Below are positions 54,707 to 64,000 of a stretch of 64,000 nt of DNA, piece after piece; the stretch's first letter is position 1, and each line of letters starts with the position of its first letter. The DNA is from TPA_inf: Saccharomyces. Lineage: Eukaryota. Position numbers and translations under genes: made by a program. Location of the stretch: assembly GCA_000146045.2 (NCBI GenBank), contig BK006938.2, forward strand, positions 64,001 through 128,000. The letters run 5' to 3'. The notes beneath the pieces are model-generated. The model was not told the origin of the DNA, searched no databases, and was given only the letters and a program-made list of their open reading frames with translations.

Positions 54707-57592
54707 TCACTCGCTTGCTTTATGTTTTGCTTCTTCCTTTTTTTGTTTTTTGAAACAAAGAATCTTTTGCCTTAACTCTTCATTAGGTGTTACATCCTCT
54801 AGTTTTAAAGGCATTCTATTAAACGGGTCAGTAGAGTCACTAAGCAGATGTGCTTTGATCGTGCTTCTATCAATATTCATCTTGGATGCTGGTAAAATGA
54901 CAGGATCCTTCATAATTGTGTACATCAAAGGATCTAAGAACTCGTCAGGAACATCACCATACTCAAGATCTTCCTCTTCATCAGCCTTTCTTTGCTCTTC
55001 GGCTTTATTGGCAAAGTTCAATAGTTTTTCGATGAACTCTGGAGATGCTAAACCAGTTTTTCTACCAAGAATATCAACTGCGCGAACAAAGAGATTTCTA
55101 TTAAATGATCTTTCATCTTTAGCGACAGCACTGATGAACTCTGATTGCTCGGAAAGATTGATATAAACAGTTGTTAAGGCTTTCAACAAATCTTTTGGGT
55201 TGAATGAATAACTTTGTGGGTCTTTCACTTTTAGTTCCCCGCATTTGGGACCGACAAGTGACTCTAAGTTATAGTTTAGCATACTTGCCAGTCTATATAC
55301 GATTTCTGGTGTGACAAATGCAGCCGGTATATCCTTCGAATAGATTTCGAACAGTTTCATCGATTTATCGGCCAATCCACACGAGGACTTAGCTTGCCTG
55401 GAAGCAGACGCCAATCTTGTTTGTAGTTCTTTGTCCTCTTCCTCTCTTGTTGGTGGCGCGCCCCTTGCACGATTATCCAGCTCATTTTGGATATTATGCA
55501 CCTCAGCCAAATTACTTAGGCCTTCATCCAACAGGAAAGTCAAGTCATTCAACATACGAGCAACGAACCTCACAAAAAAGTCAGCATTGTTTTGAGACTG
55601 CCAGATCAATTGGTTTTTATAAGATGGTATCTTGTAATAAAGCTCCTCCAAAATTATTGATATGCTATATCTGCTGTTGAATTTATCGTAAAATTGTGAA
55701 GAAGAGCCTGTTTTTTCAACAATAACATAAAAGTCTAGTAGAGCATATAACAGATTCTTGTTAACTAATTCGTCGTGTTCGAATATATCCATCATGAATC
55801 CGGGGGAATTGTCTGTTAGAGGCATAGCACCAACGCTTAATAACTGCACTAATTTACCTTTTAAATGTGGGTTGGAAACCAATTCAGGACAACGGAGGAC
55901 CATTGTTGTAAACTCAACAAACGATCCCAGACGTGGATTTCTGAAGATTGGAGAGGTCTGGTACTTCGAAATGTATAGAGAATAGTTAACTGGACCTTCT
56001 ACAACAAATTCTGGATAGTATTTAAAAGGCACTGGAGCATGCGCTCTCAAAAAATCAGCGTTGTCCACGTTTTCAACACCTATTTGGTCCGGAATTAATG
56101 GCAATTTAATTTGTTTAAACGGAAATTCGTGTTCAGGATCCACAACACGAATCAAGAACGTAGATGCACCACAAATAAAGTCGAAAACCTCTAGTTGAAG
56201 AGATCTATGAGCGAAGAACCCTTGAAGAGCAAATCGCAAAGATTCTGTTGTTTTCAACGCCTTCTCCATCTTGGATAATTGTGCTGTAATGAATCTGGCA
56301 AAGACATCGTGGTTCGCAGCTATTTTCTTTACTTTTTCAATTTCTTCCTTTAACGCTTTGATTTCAGATCCCATCTTCTCTTCAAATGATAATGTACCTC
56401 CCAGACCATAATGCAAATAGGTTAATGTCAAGAAAAAGCAATCAGAGATGAAGTTTGGCTTAGAATCTGCTGTTTTTCTGTTCTTGTCATAAAATGCATC
56501 TGCCTCTTTAAAATCAGAATTTAATCGTGTTTCCCCTGATAAATCAATAAATAAACTTGGGTTGTTGAAGTAATTTGCGTCGATCTTGTCGATTTTCTTA
56601 TATGAAATATCTAGAAATGGTTGAGAAAATCTAACCAATAACAAAGTGATATTGGACATAAATCCGTTAGAGGATAGTTCTTTGAATGGTGGATGATCGG
56701 CTCTACGTAAATGGTTTTTATTAGCGATATGGGCAAAATAACTAATCATATCAGTCCTTGAGTTTAAGGAGCCACGAACAAGCTTATCGACAATAAAAAA
56801 GAGTCTATCTATGACAACTTTATGCTCAGCTTGTAGAGATTCATGGATCATGGCTGTCTGTTGTTTGGAACGCAAAAGGTTATCGCCGTAGTTCCGGATT
56901 GCCACAGCAGCTTCTATGGGAGAAAGAGATAAAATAGGCCCCAATATCGTTTTCCTTTCAAAATCCTGTGGTTTACAGCTATAGTCTGCAAAAAAACCAT
57001 CTATTTTAGTGAATATTTCTGCAATAGGTTTAAATGTAACAAATAACTCAAAAATGGTAAGAACGTTATTGTAAATTACAGATTCGTTCAAATCAAAATG
57101 GCTGACATGTTTATTACAGTATTCTAATAATGTCGGGAAAACAGCGTTAAGTAAATCCAAAGCGGTACCTTCTAATATGGCTCTTTGAATGATTTGGGAA
57201 AGGAAATCAGTATATGAGTTAACGTTAGAAACAATTCCAGTGATATAATTGATGAAAGCACCATTCATGCAAAAGTTTTCTATTTGTAAGGCAACGACAC
57301 CATAGCCAATGACAAGACGATCAATCTCTTGGAAAGTGGAATGTAATGACTCAGCATTTGGCTTGTTTTTGGTGATTCTTTTTTGTTGCTGATTACGGCG
57401 AAAGCAATCGTTCAAATATTCAAACGGTTTATCCAACTTCTCATTCTCGGTGAGTTGATATAATAGTAGCGTATCAATAAAATCAACTCCAAGAGTTGAG
57501 CCTTGAGGCACTTCCTCGGACTTCAATAGAGAGTAGCCACGGGTATCGGAAGGATCGGTGGTGATTTGTAAAATATCTTCTATGGCGGTCAT
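54707..57592 (-). CDS. UFD2: UFD2 (YDL190C), the E4 ubiquitin chain-elongation factor (U-box), 961 aa.
   Basis: The ORF is 961 aa, with a Ufd2 core domain and a C-terminal U-box (...DPVILPASKMNIDRSTIKAHLLSDSTDPFNRMPL...). Confidence 0.92.
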   Translation of the reverse strand: MTAIEDILQITTDPSDTRGYSLLKSEEVPQGSTLGVDFIDTLLLYQLTENEKLDKPFEYLNDCFRRNQQQKRITKNKPNAESLHSTFQEIDRLVIGYGVVALQIENFCMNGAFINYITGIVSNVNSYTDFLSQIIQRAILEGTALDLLNAVFPTLLEYCNKHVSHFDLNESVIYNNVLTIFELFVTFKPIAEIFTKIDGFFADYSCKPQDFERKTILGPILSLSPIEAAVAIRNYGDNLLRSKQQTAMIHESLQAEHKVVIDRLFFIVDKLVRGSLNSRTDMISYFAHIANKNHLRRADHPPFKELSSNGFMSNITLLLVRFSQPFLDISYKKIDKIDANYFNNPSLFIDLSGETRLNSDFKEADAFYDKNRKTADSKPNFISDCFFLTLTYLHYGLGGTLSFEEKMGSEIKALKEEIEKVKKIAANHDVFARFITAQLSKMEKALKTTESLRFALQGFFAHRSLQLEVFDFICGASTFLIRVVDPEHEFPFKQIKLPLIPDQIGVENVDNADFLRAHAPVPFKYYPEFVVEGPVNYSLYISKYQTSPIFRNPRLGSFVEFTTMVLRCPELVSNPHLKGKLVQLLSVGAMPLTDNSPGFMMDIFEHDELVNKNLLYALLDFYVIVEKTGSSSQFYDKFNSRYSISIILEELYYKIPSYKNQLIWQSQNNADFFVRFVARMLNDLTFLLDEGLSNLAEVHNIQNELDNRARGAPPTREEEDKELQTRLASASRQAKSSCGLADKSMKLFEIYSKDIPAAFVTPEIVYRLASMLNYNLESLVGPKCGELKVKDPQSYSFNPKDLLKALTTVYINLSEQSEFISAVAKDERSFNRNLFVRAVDILGRKTGLASPEFIEKLLNFANKAEEQRKADEEEDLEYGDVPDEFLDPLMYTIMKDPVILPASKMNIDRSTIKAHLLSDSTDPFNRMPLKLEDVTPNEELRQKILCFKKQKKEEAKHKASE

Positions 57593-58212
57593 GATCTATG
57601 GAATGAGGGTTCTACTTTCAAAGTTAACTTTTCCCCTTAAACAACTTGTGGTCAACTTTACCTTTCTATTGGCTGACACAATTCTCAAAGATATAATTAA
57701 CGTTTACTGTGGCAACAGCAAGTGGTTGAGTCTAAAAATGTGAATAAAATGGCAATTACTTAATGATTAACAATGATTGCGGCGTACACCTCTATTATTT
57801 TGTTGCCAATGGTTAGAATCTACCTTTGATCTTCAATTCACCTTTTGTAATAAAGACAGACTATCGCCTCTGACGAATACTGACAAAATAGCGTCCTCGA
57901 CGAAAGGATGAATCGTTAAGCGCAAAATAATATTGATATAATAAGAATATCGATTAAGAAGCGTTGGCTAGTGTCATATGCGGGTTAGCCTATCTGTTTC
58001 TTCTTTCTTTCACATACAACTCGACAAGTTTTGGCGTAGGCAATTGAGCCATATTGTACCAGCAAGCCGTGGTGACAGTATGTTGAAACGTGCATCTTAT
58101 AATGGGCGCACGATTTATTTTATTTTAATTAATTTTTTAGTTATTTCGTATCGTACTAACAACTAAGATATTCAAGTCTCTTCAAGTATATAAGGAGTTA
58201 GGGCAGAAGTAG

Positions 58213-59589
58213 GTGATGACAGCACTAGATTCTCGAAACTGGGGATTGACACCCGCTATGGAAACGGGCTTGTTCCAGAAACCACAGGACCGTATCTTTA
58301 TAATAGAGCTGGAAAATTCCATAGTGTCATTCATAAACTCAAACACAGAATCATTTCAGCTAAGACCGATGAATTCATATTATAGGCTTCTATCGCACCA
58401 AATAGCTGAGTACCACAACTTGAACCATGTTTTGGCAAGAACTCAAGATAGTTGTGTGATTCTTTTCAAAGGTGAGAATTTCCAAAAGATTGAAGGAAAG
58501 CCACTCTTACAAGAGTTGCAGCTGAACAAAAAACCGGAAGAGTGTGCTTCCTCAAGTGAGAGTATTGAAAAATCGAACAATAACAGAATATTTCGAATCT
58601 TAAAGCGGAAAGAGGTAGGTAACGAGTGCGATTATAAAATCGATGGCAATACACGTACACCAAATAGCAATTTGACAGCCAATTCAAATAAGGACCAAAA
58701 AATCGAAATCGATGATAAATCTAGTACTGATTTGGAACAAGAAAGAATTGAGAAGGAAAGACTTTATGAACAACGTAAACAAGAAATTTTTGATAAGCTC
58801 AACAAGAGTGAAGACGATGTAAAGTCAACCAACAGTAGCGGTAGTAGTGATAGTGACAATGAATGGAGTGATTGGTTGAACGGAGATGACTCTAACACAC
58901 AAACTAGTAACGGTTCAGTTAGCTCTTCATCACCATTCAATTCATCTGTGACGACGATACAAGTAAACAAACCTCAACAACAATTTTATGATAGTCGAAG
59001 AGGAAGAGGAGGAAGAAGAAGAGGAACAAACAATTACAAAGATGCCTATAGAGGCCAAAGTCGTCGGAATAAAGAAAACGGCGGTTACCAATCGGGATAT
59101 TCTTCGCCATATCTTGTGTATCCTCCTCCCCAAATGGGTGGCAATAGTCTGCCAACCTACCCTCTAATGTATAACCCCGCTGGTCCTGCCCCCGGTCCTG
59201 CACCTTCACCCATGGTAATGGGCAATAACACAGTCTTCATGAACCCTTACATGTACAATATGAATCCCCAAGGGTCCTGTTCGTTTGGCACCCCAATCCC
59301 TATGTATCCCCCATACCAATATCAATATCAATACCAATATAACACTCAGTATCACAGCGGGCCATATAGCAATACACCAAGCTATAATTCTAACAATTAC
59401 ACAAGATCCTCAGCAAATAAGTACCACCATTTTCAAGGAAAAAATTCATATTCTGGTGCGATTCCGAAACGTAGTGATGACAGTAACAGTAATAAGAATG
59501 AGGGAATTCGTAGGGCTAGTGTTGAGGGTTCGCCGTCATCTAGGGATACTGATTCGGTAGAGATGAAATTTGATAAATTAAACATTTAG
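58213..59589 (+). CDS. RBS1: RBS1 (YDL189W), an R3H-domain RNA-binding protein with a low-complexity Y/Q/N/P-rich C-terminus, ~457 aa.
   Basis: An N-terminal R3H/SUZ-like region is followed by Ser/Asn-rich and YQYQYQYN low-complexity segments. The position on chromosome IV fits. Confidence 0.82.
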   Translation: MMTALDSRNWGLTPAMETGLFQKPQDRIFIIELENSIVSFINSNTESFQLRPMNSYYRLLSHQIAEYHNLNHVLARTQDSCVILFKGENFQKIEGKPLLQELQLNKKPEECASSSESIEKSNNNRIFRILKRKEVGNECDYKIDGNTRTPNSNLTANSNKDQKIEIDDKSSTDLEQERIEKERLYEQRKQEIFDKLNKSEDDVKSTNSSGSSDSDNEWSDWLNGDDSNTQTSNGSVSSSSPFNSSVTTIQVNKPQQQFYDSRRGRGGRRRGTNNYKDAYRGQSRRNKENGGYQSGYSSPYLVYPPPQMGGNSLPTYPLMYNPAGPAPGPAPSPMVMGNNTVFMNPYMYNMNPQGSCSFGTPIPMYPPYQYQYQYQYNTQYHSGPYSNTPSYNSNNYTRSSANKYHHFQGKNSYSGAIPKRSDDSNSNKNEGIRRASVEGSPSSRDTDSVEMKFDKLNI

Positions 59590-59864
59590 CGTGAGGAGTG
59601 AACTATACATAGCGAAAAAATTACGTAACGGTTTATAGAAATTCTAGTATGAGAACAGTAATATATGAGAAAAAGTTGTTTTCACTTTGTGTTCGAAAAA
59701 ATAAGTATTTGAAAACGAAAAAATAGTTTGTATGTTTGTATATAAGTTGTTATTATCAAAAATTAGAGGGAAAAAGTAACTAAATATATATTAAAAAAAA
59801 AAAAAAAATAAATGTATGTTGGAATGAAATAGCGTAGTAAGGATAAAGGTGTAATAGATATATA

Positions 59865-60998
59865 TTATAAGAAATAATCCGGTGTCTTCCTGGTGACGGT
59901 TGGTTCACCGGGTCTCACAGATGGATCGTATTGTAAGAATTGCCTATTATGGTTTTCATCCACCTCCATAATAGCGGCCTGGTTACCACATCTATAACAA
60001 TAATTTGGAGCACTGAAAATGGTGACAACATTTTGCTGGTGAGACCAAGAATATCCTTCCATTACCAATTGGTGAGCTCTTGCTATTAGTGATAGGTCAT
60101 TAGTGTGATTGAATTGCTCACTGATGTCTTGACCAAAAGTGAAGCCTGCACCTCTCGGACTGATTCCCCATCCGCCTCTATCATCAGGATCGGACCATAG
60201 AAGGTCACACATTGGACCTTCGTGAGGCACTTCCTGTATTCTATTTAAATCTCTAACTTGATCTATTGTCTCTATCATGGGTGAGAGACCTCCATGCAAA
60301 CAGAAGATTTTATTATCCACCAAGGCAGTAACGGGGAAATAATCGAATAGATCGGTAAACATTTTCCACACGTTCGCACTGCCGTACTTTCTCAAACATT
60401 CGTCATAAAACCCATATACTTGGGTAATCTGCCTAGACTCGTGATTGCCCCTAAGTATAGTAATTCTATGTGGATATCTGACTTTCATGGCAACTAGGTA
60501 AGATACGGTCTCAACAGAATAATATCCTCTATCCACGTAATCACCCATGAAAAGGTAATTGGTGTCAGGACAAGGACCACCAATCTTGAAAAGTTCTAAC
60601 AAGTCATGGAATTGACCGTGTACGTCACCACAAATGGTAACAGGCACGTTAATTGGTTTAACATTCTCCTCGAACTGCAACACGTCCACCGCCATTTTAC
60701 ATAGTCGTGCTACATCGTCTTCTGATAGTGGCTCGCATTTACTCAAATGCTCAATCCATTGGTCAAGCTGATTTATATTTGTATTGGTCAGTTTTAGTGG
60801 TTTGGAGGATTTATGATCTGCTATACCCGAGGACCCCGGTTTAAAATTAAAATCTTCCAACTCTTCATCTGTGTCTTCGTCATTAGAACGCGCCTTCGTA
60901 TTATTTTTGCCGTCATCACTATTCATGTCTTCGTCGAGAGTCGGTGATAATTGATCTTCATCTGAACCATGCATAGGGTCATCAATTTCCATATCCAT
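59865..60998 (-). CDS. PPH22: PPH22 (YDL188C), protein phosphatase 2A catalytic subunit, 377 aa.
   Basis: PPP-family motifs are present (GDVHGQ, GDYVDRG, RGNHE, SAPNYC) with a C-terminal ...TPDYFL. The acidic Asp/Glu-rich N-terminal extension is typical of Pph22. Confidence 0.95.
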
Positions 60999-61508
60999 TT
61001 TTTTCGAATGAAAGCCAGTTATACAGAAGTGCCAATAATATAAAATTCAAAAAAAGACGTAACAGGAACAATAACCGGAAAGGAAAGAGAGCAGGTAGGA
61101 CAAGAAGTAAACGGGTTTGCGTGTTCTTGTTCGAACACTGTTTTGCAGCGGGCTGGTACCTTAAGAAGTTTGCTCTAGTTACAGCCCTTCAATTGGTTTT
61201 ATAAAATGGGGATGTCCCTTTGAAACTTTCCACGACTCTTTTCCACAATTCAGCGGAAAAGAAAATAATAACCTCTTCTAGATTACCCGGTCATGTCAGG
61301 GTAATACACGATTGTATTTCAAAGTGCACAACGACTATTGTTGTCGTATAAGCTTTTGGATTAATCTTAGCATTAATTGATACATAATTCCGCAAGAAGA
61401 AGTTTTAGGAGAATAGAGTTTCGCTTCTTTTATTAATATTCTGTCCTGTGTCACAAAATATTGTAATAATTTGGTGCGGTGTATGGGTTCAAGTTCCCAA
61501 AAAAACAA

Positions 61509-61856
61509 CTAATTTGCGACACTTCGTAGTTCTGTGCTTTTATATGGAATATACTTGTGGACTCTATTCCTGGATGTAGATTTGCTTACAGATAGCCAAG
61601 AAATATTAGAAAAATATGCAGTGTAACACAAGTATAGAAGATGGTTTAGATGGGGGCGACATAACTTTCCCATCCTACAGCCCTGAAGCGGAGGCTCAAA
61701 ACAGATTCTTACCAAGAAGTGAGTTCCCCTCTGTGAGGCAACTCGTGATTTCGAAACAAAAAAGCAGAAGAAGAAGAGAAGAAAATGTATTTGTGGGAAA
61801 AATGGAGGACGTACTTGTAAAATGGAGGCCACCTGCATCTTCACATCGTGGCGCAA
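61509..61856 (-). CDS. Small antisense ORF overlapping the 5' end of YDL186W. It corresponds to the dubious ORF YDL187C and is probably not coding.
   Basis: It overlaps a longer ORF on the opposite strand and has no recognisable domain. Confidence 0.2.
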
Positions 61857-62449
61857 TTGAAGCTATTAATGGCACGCATCCATATCAGCTTAGCACAGCA
61901 CAATTCAACTCGAGAAGATCGGATCCATTTGGTTCAACAAAGAGAGATGAATCCGTGCGTTCCATTGTAGAATCGTTTACCGATTGGTGGAAACGCAATT
62001 CCAAAATGTTTTTTCGTGACGAGGAAGAAGGTGTACGAACCGAACACAGTGCGAGTCAAGATGACCAAGAGTTGCAGCTTTTCGAAGAAGATCTCTTCTC
62101 ATTTCACCTAAGCCCAAATGATATGTCAACCAGGAACAGCGAACATCAAGTGCAAACACCGGTGCTTTTCCCGTACGAAGCTCCTACTCGAACAAAACAA
62201 AACCCAGCAGAAAGAAAAGTCATTGAAATTGGGGACGGCGAAGAACTCTCTATCTATCGAGATGTTTATTCCAATCCTATTCCTGTCAGCTACCTAGATA
62301 CCTTAAACTTGAACCACTCCATGTCTGTACGGCAAACACAACAGCAACAACAACAGCGGCAACAGCAGCAGTATGTAGACTCTTCATCGGCATTTCAATG
62401 CTGTACAGACTCCAATTGGGCGAGAATATTTTTTTGCCACCACGATTAG
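61616..62449 (+). CDS. YDL186W, a protein of unknown function, 277 aa.
   Basis: The ORF is intact. It has a Gln-rich C-terminal stretch ([10 protein letters not shown]) and no recognisable catalytic motifs. Confidence 0.7.
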
Positions 62450-62537
62450 ACTCCACTTTGCTTCTATAGTCCTATCTATTGTTCTTTTTATTCCTAGCAT
62501 AACCTTATTGTATTGTTCTTTTTCTTTTTCCTTTTTC

Positions 62538-62565
62538 TTTTTTTTTTTTTTTTTTTTTTTTTTTT
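62538..62565 (+). repeat. Poly(dT) homopolymer tract of 28 T, ~220 bp upstream of the VMA1 ATG.
   Basis: Counted directly in the sequence. It also generates a spurious poly-Lys ORF on the minus strand. Confidence 0.95.
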
Positions 62566-62786
62566 CACATCTTTTTCCACGGCCGCTCAAAGGGGTCTCA
62601 CACTGGATTAAAAGCTGAAAACAAGAAATGGCTCTTTCGATAAGGTTGCAACATTTTGATTACTACGTTGATTAGAATAAAAAGTACCAAACACATTTCT
62701 CAAAGCATATAGATATCTAAGATTATAACGCAGGAGTCGTTCTTTCATTCTTAGAGTTAAAAAGCAAATAGAGAAGAAAAGAAACA

Positions 62787-64000
62787 ATGGCTGGTGCAAT
62801 TGAAAACGCTCGTAAGGAAATAAAAAGAATCTCATTAGAAGACCATGCTGAATCTGAATATGGTGCCATCTATTCTGTCTCTGGTCCGGTCGTCATTGCT
62901 GAAAATATGATTGGTTGTGCCATGTACGAATTGGTCAAGGTCGGTCACGATAACCTGGTGGGTGAAGTCATTAGAATTGACGGTGACAAGGCCACCATCC
63001 AAGTTTACGAAGAAACTGCAGGCCTTACGGTCGGTGACCCTGTTTTGAGAACAGGTAAGCCTCTGTCGGTAGAATTGGGTCCTGGTCTGATGGAAACCAT
63101 TTACGATGGTATTCAAAGACCTTTGAAAGCCATTAAGGAAGAATCGCAATCGATTTATATCCCAAGAGGTATTGACACTCCAGCTTTGGATAGGACTATC
63201 AAGTGGCAATTTACTCCGGGAAAGTTTCAAGTCGGCGATCATATTTCCGGTGGTGATATTTACGGTTCCGTTTTTGAGAATTCGCTAATTTCAAGCCATA
63301 AGATTCTTTTGCCACCAAGATCAAGAGGTACAATCACTTGGATTGCTCCAGCTGGTGAGTACACTTTGGATGAGAAGATTTTGGAAGTTGAATTTGATGG
63401 CAAGAAGTCTGATTTCACTCTTTACCATACTTGGCCTGTTCGTGTTCCAAGACCAGTTACTGAAAAGTTATCTGCTGACTATCCTTTGTTAACAGGTCAA
63501 AGAGTTTTGGATGCTTTGTTTCCTTGTGTTCAAGGTGGTACGACATGTATTCCAGGTGCTTTTGGTTGTGGTAAGACCGTTATCTCTCAATCTTTGTCCA
63601 AGTACTCCAATTCTGACGCCATTATCTATGTCGGGTGCTTTGCCAAGGGTACCAATGTTTTAATGGCGGATGGGTCTATTGAATGTATTGAAAACATTGA
63701 GGTTGGTAATAAGGTCATGGGTAAAGATGGCAGACCTCGTGAGGTAATTAAATTGCCCAGAGGAAGAGAAACTATGTACAGCGTCGTGCAGAAAAGTCAG
63801 CACAGAGCCCACAAAAGTGACTCAAGTCGTGAAGTGCCAGAATTACTCAAGTTTACGTGTAATGCGACCCATGAGTTGGTTGTTAGAACACCTCGTAGTG
63901 TCCGCCGTTTGTCTCGTACCATTAAGGGTGTCGAATATTTTGAAGTTATTACTTTTGAGATGGGCCAAAAGAAAGCCCCCGACGGTAGAATTGTTGAGCT
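62787..64000 (+). CDS. VMA1: VMA1/TFP1 (YDL185W), vacuolar H+-ATPase catalytic subunit A, 5' part. It continues past the window edge, and an intein begins at 63636.
   Basis: The protein begins [54 protein letters not shown] and includes the P-loop GAFGCGKTV. The sequence then switches to the intein ([14 protein letters not shown]...). Confidence 0.95.
   Translation, partial: MAGAIENARKEIKRISLEDHAESEYGAIYSVSGPVVIAENMIGCAMYELVKVGHDNLVGEVIRIDGDKATIQVYEETAGLTVGDPVLRTGKPLSVELGPGLMETIYDGIQRPLKAIKEESQSIYIPRGIDTPALDRTIKWQFTPGKFQVGDHISGGDIYGSVFENSLISSHKILLPPRSRGTITWIAPAGEYTLDEKILEVEFDGKKSDFTLYHTWPVRVPRPVTEKLSADYPLLTGQRVLDALFPCVQGGTTCIPGAFGCGKTVISQSLSKYSNSDAIIYVGCFAKGTNVLMADGSIECIENIEVGNKVMGKDGRPREVIKLPRGRETMYSVVQKSQHRAHKSDSSREVPELLKFTCNATHELVVRTPRSVRRLSRTIKGVEYFEVITFEMGQKKAPDGRIVE
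63636..64000 (+). mobile_element. VDE: VMA1-derived endonuclease (VDE / PI-SceI) intein, N-terminal ~121 codons. It is an in-frame protein-splicing element with a homing endonuclease, and it continues beyond the window.
   Basis: The in-frame insertion begins at the Cys codon TGC at 63636, right after ...IIYVG. The sequence [60 protein letters not shown]... is recognised as PI-SceI. The host V-ATPase A-subunit sequence is interrupted just after its Walker A region. Confidence 0.92.

Noticed and set aside
54750-55166. 138-codon plus-strand ORF.
   Set aside because: It is antisense within the UFD2 U-box-encoding region, and the sense strand is a highly conserved domain.
62384-62590. Minus-strand 68-codon ORF encoding KKKKKKKKKKKKEKEKE.
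   Set aside because: It is an artefact of translating the T28 homopolymer tract on the opposite strand. It lies in the intergenic promoter region of VMA1.
62835-63242. 135-codon minus-strand ORF.
   Set aside because: It is antisense to the strongly conserved N-terminal region of VMA1, and the sense frame is unquestionably the real gene.

Overview
This 64 kb window is Saccharomyces cerevisiae nuclear DNA. It matches the left arm of chromosome IV, running from YDL220C (CDC13, 5' part) through YDL185W (VMA1, 5' part, including the start of the VDE intein). I identified it by recognising the translated ORFs from memory (CDC13, DTD1, TIM22, RRI1, GDH2, PRR2, UGA4, GLE1, HEM3, SEC31, SNF3, ARF1, RPL35A, UFD2, PPH22, VMA1 and others); I could not run a database search. 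The region is gene dense, with about 35 protein genes on both strands. It contains two spliceosomal introns, in DTD1 and in RPL35A (whose first exon is only 3 nt). It also contains one tRNA-Gly(GCC) gene, which sits downstream of an unusually long (~3 kb) stretch with no ORF that may carry a degenerate Ty3 sigma-like LTR remnant. Textbook cis-elements are visible: the UGA4 UAS-GABA and GATA cluster, Rap1 sites upstream of RPL35A, and poly(dA:dT) tracts. There are no prokaryotic hallmarks: no CRISPR array, no operons and no Shine-Dalgarno architecture. I find no sequence support for a previously undescribed biological system. The most unusual element is the VMA1 intein (a protein-level selfish element with a homing endonuclease), and it is already well known. 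Several ORFs in the six-frame track carry in-frame ATGs upstream of the start I remember for the protein; these are noted per gene.
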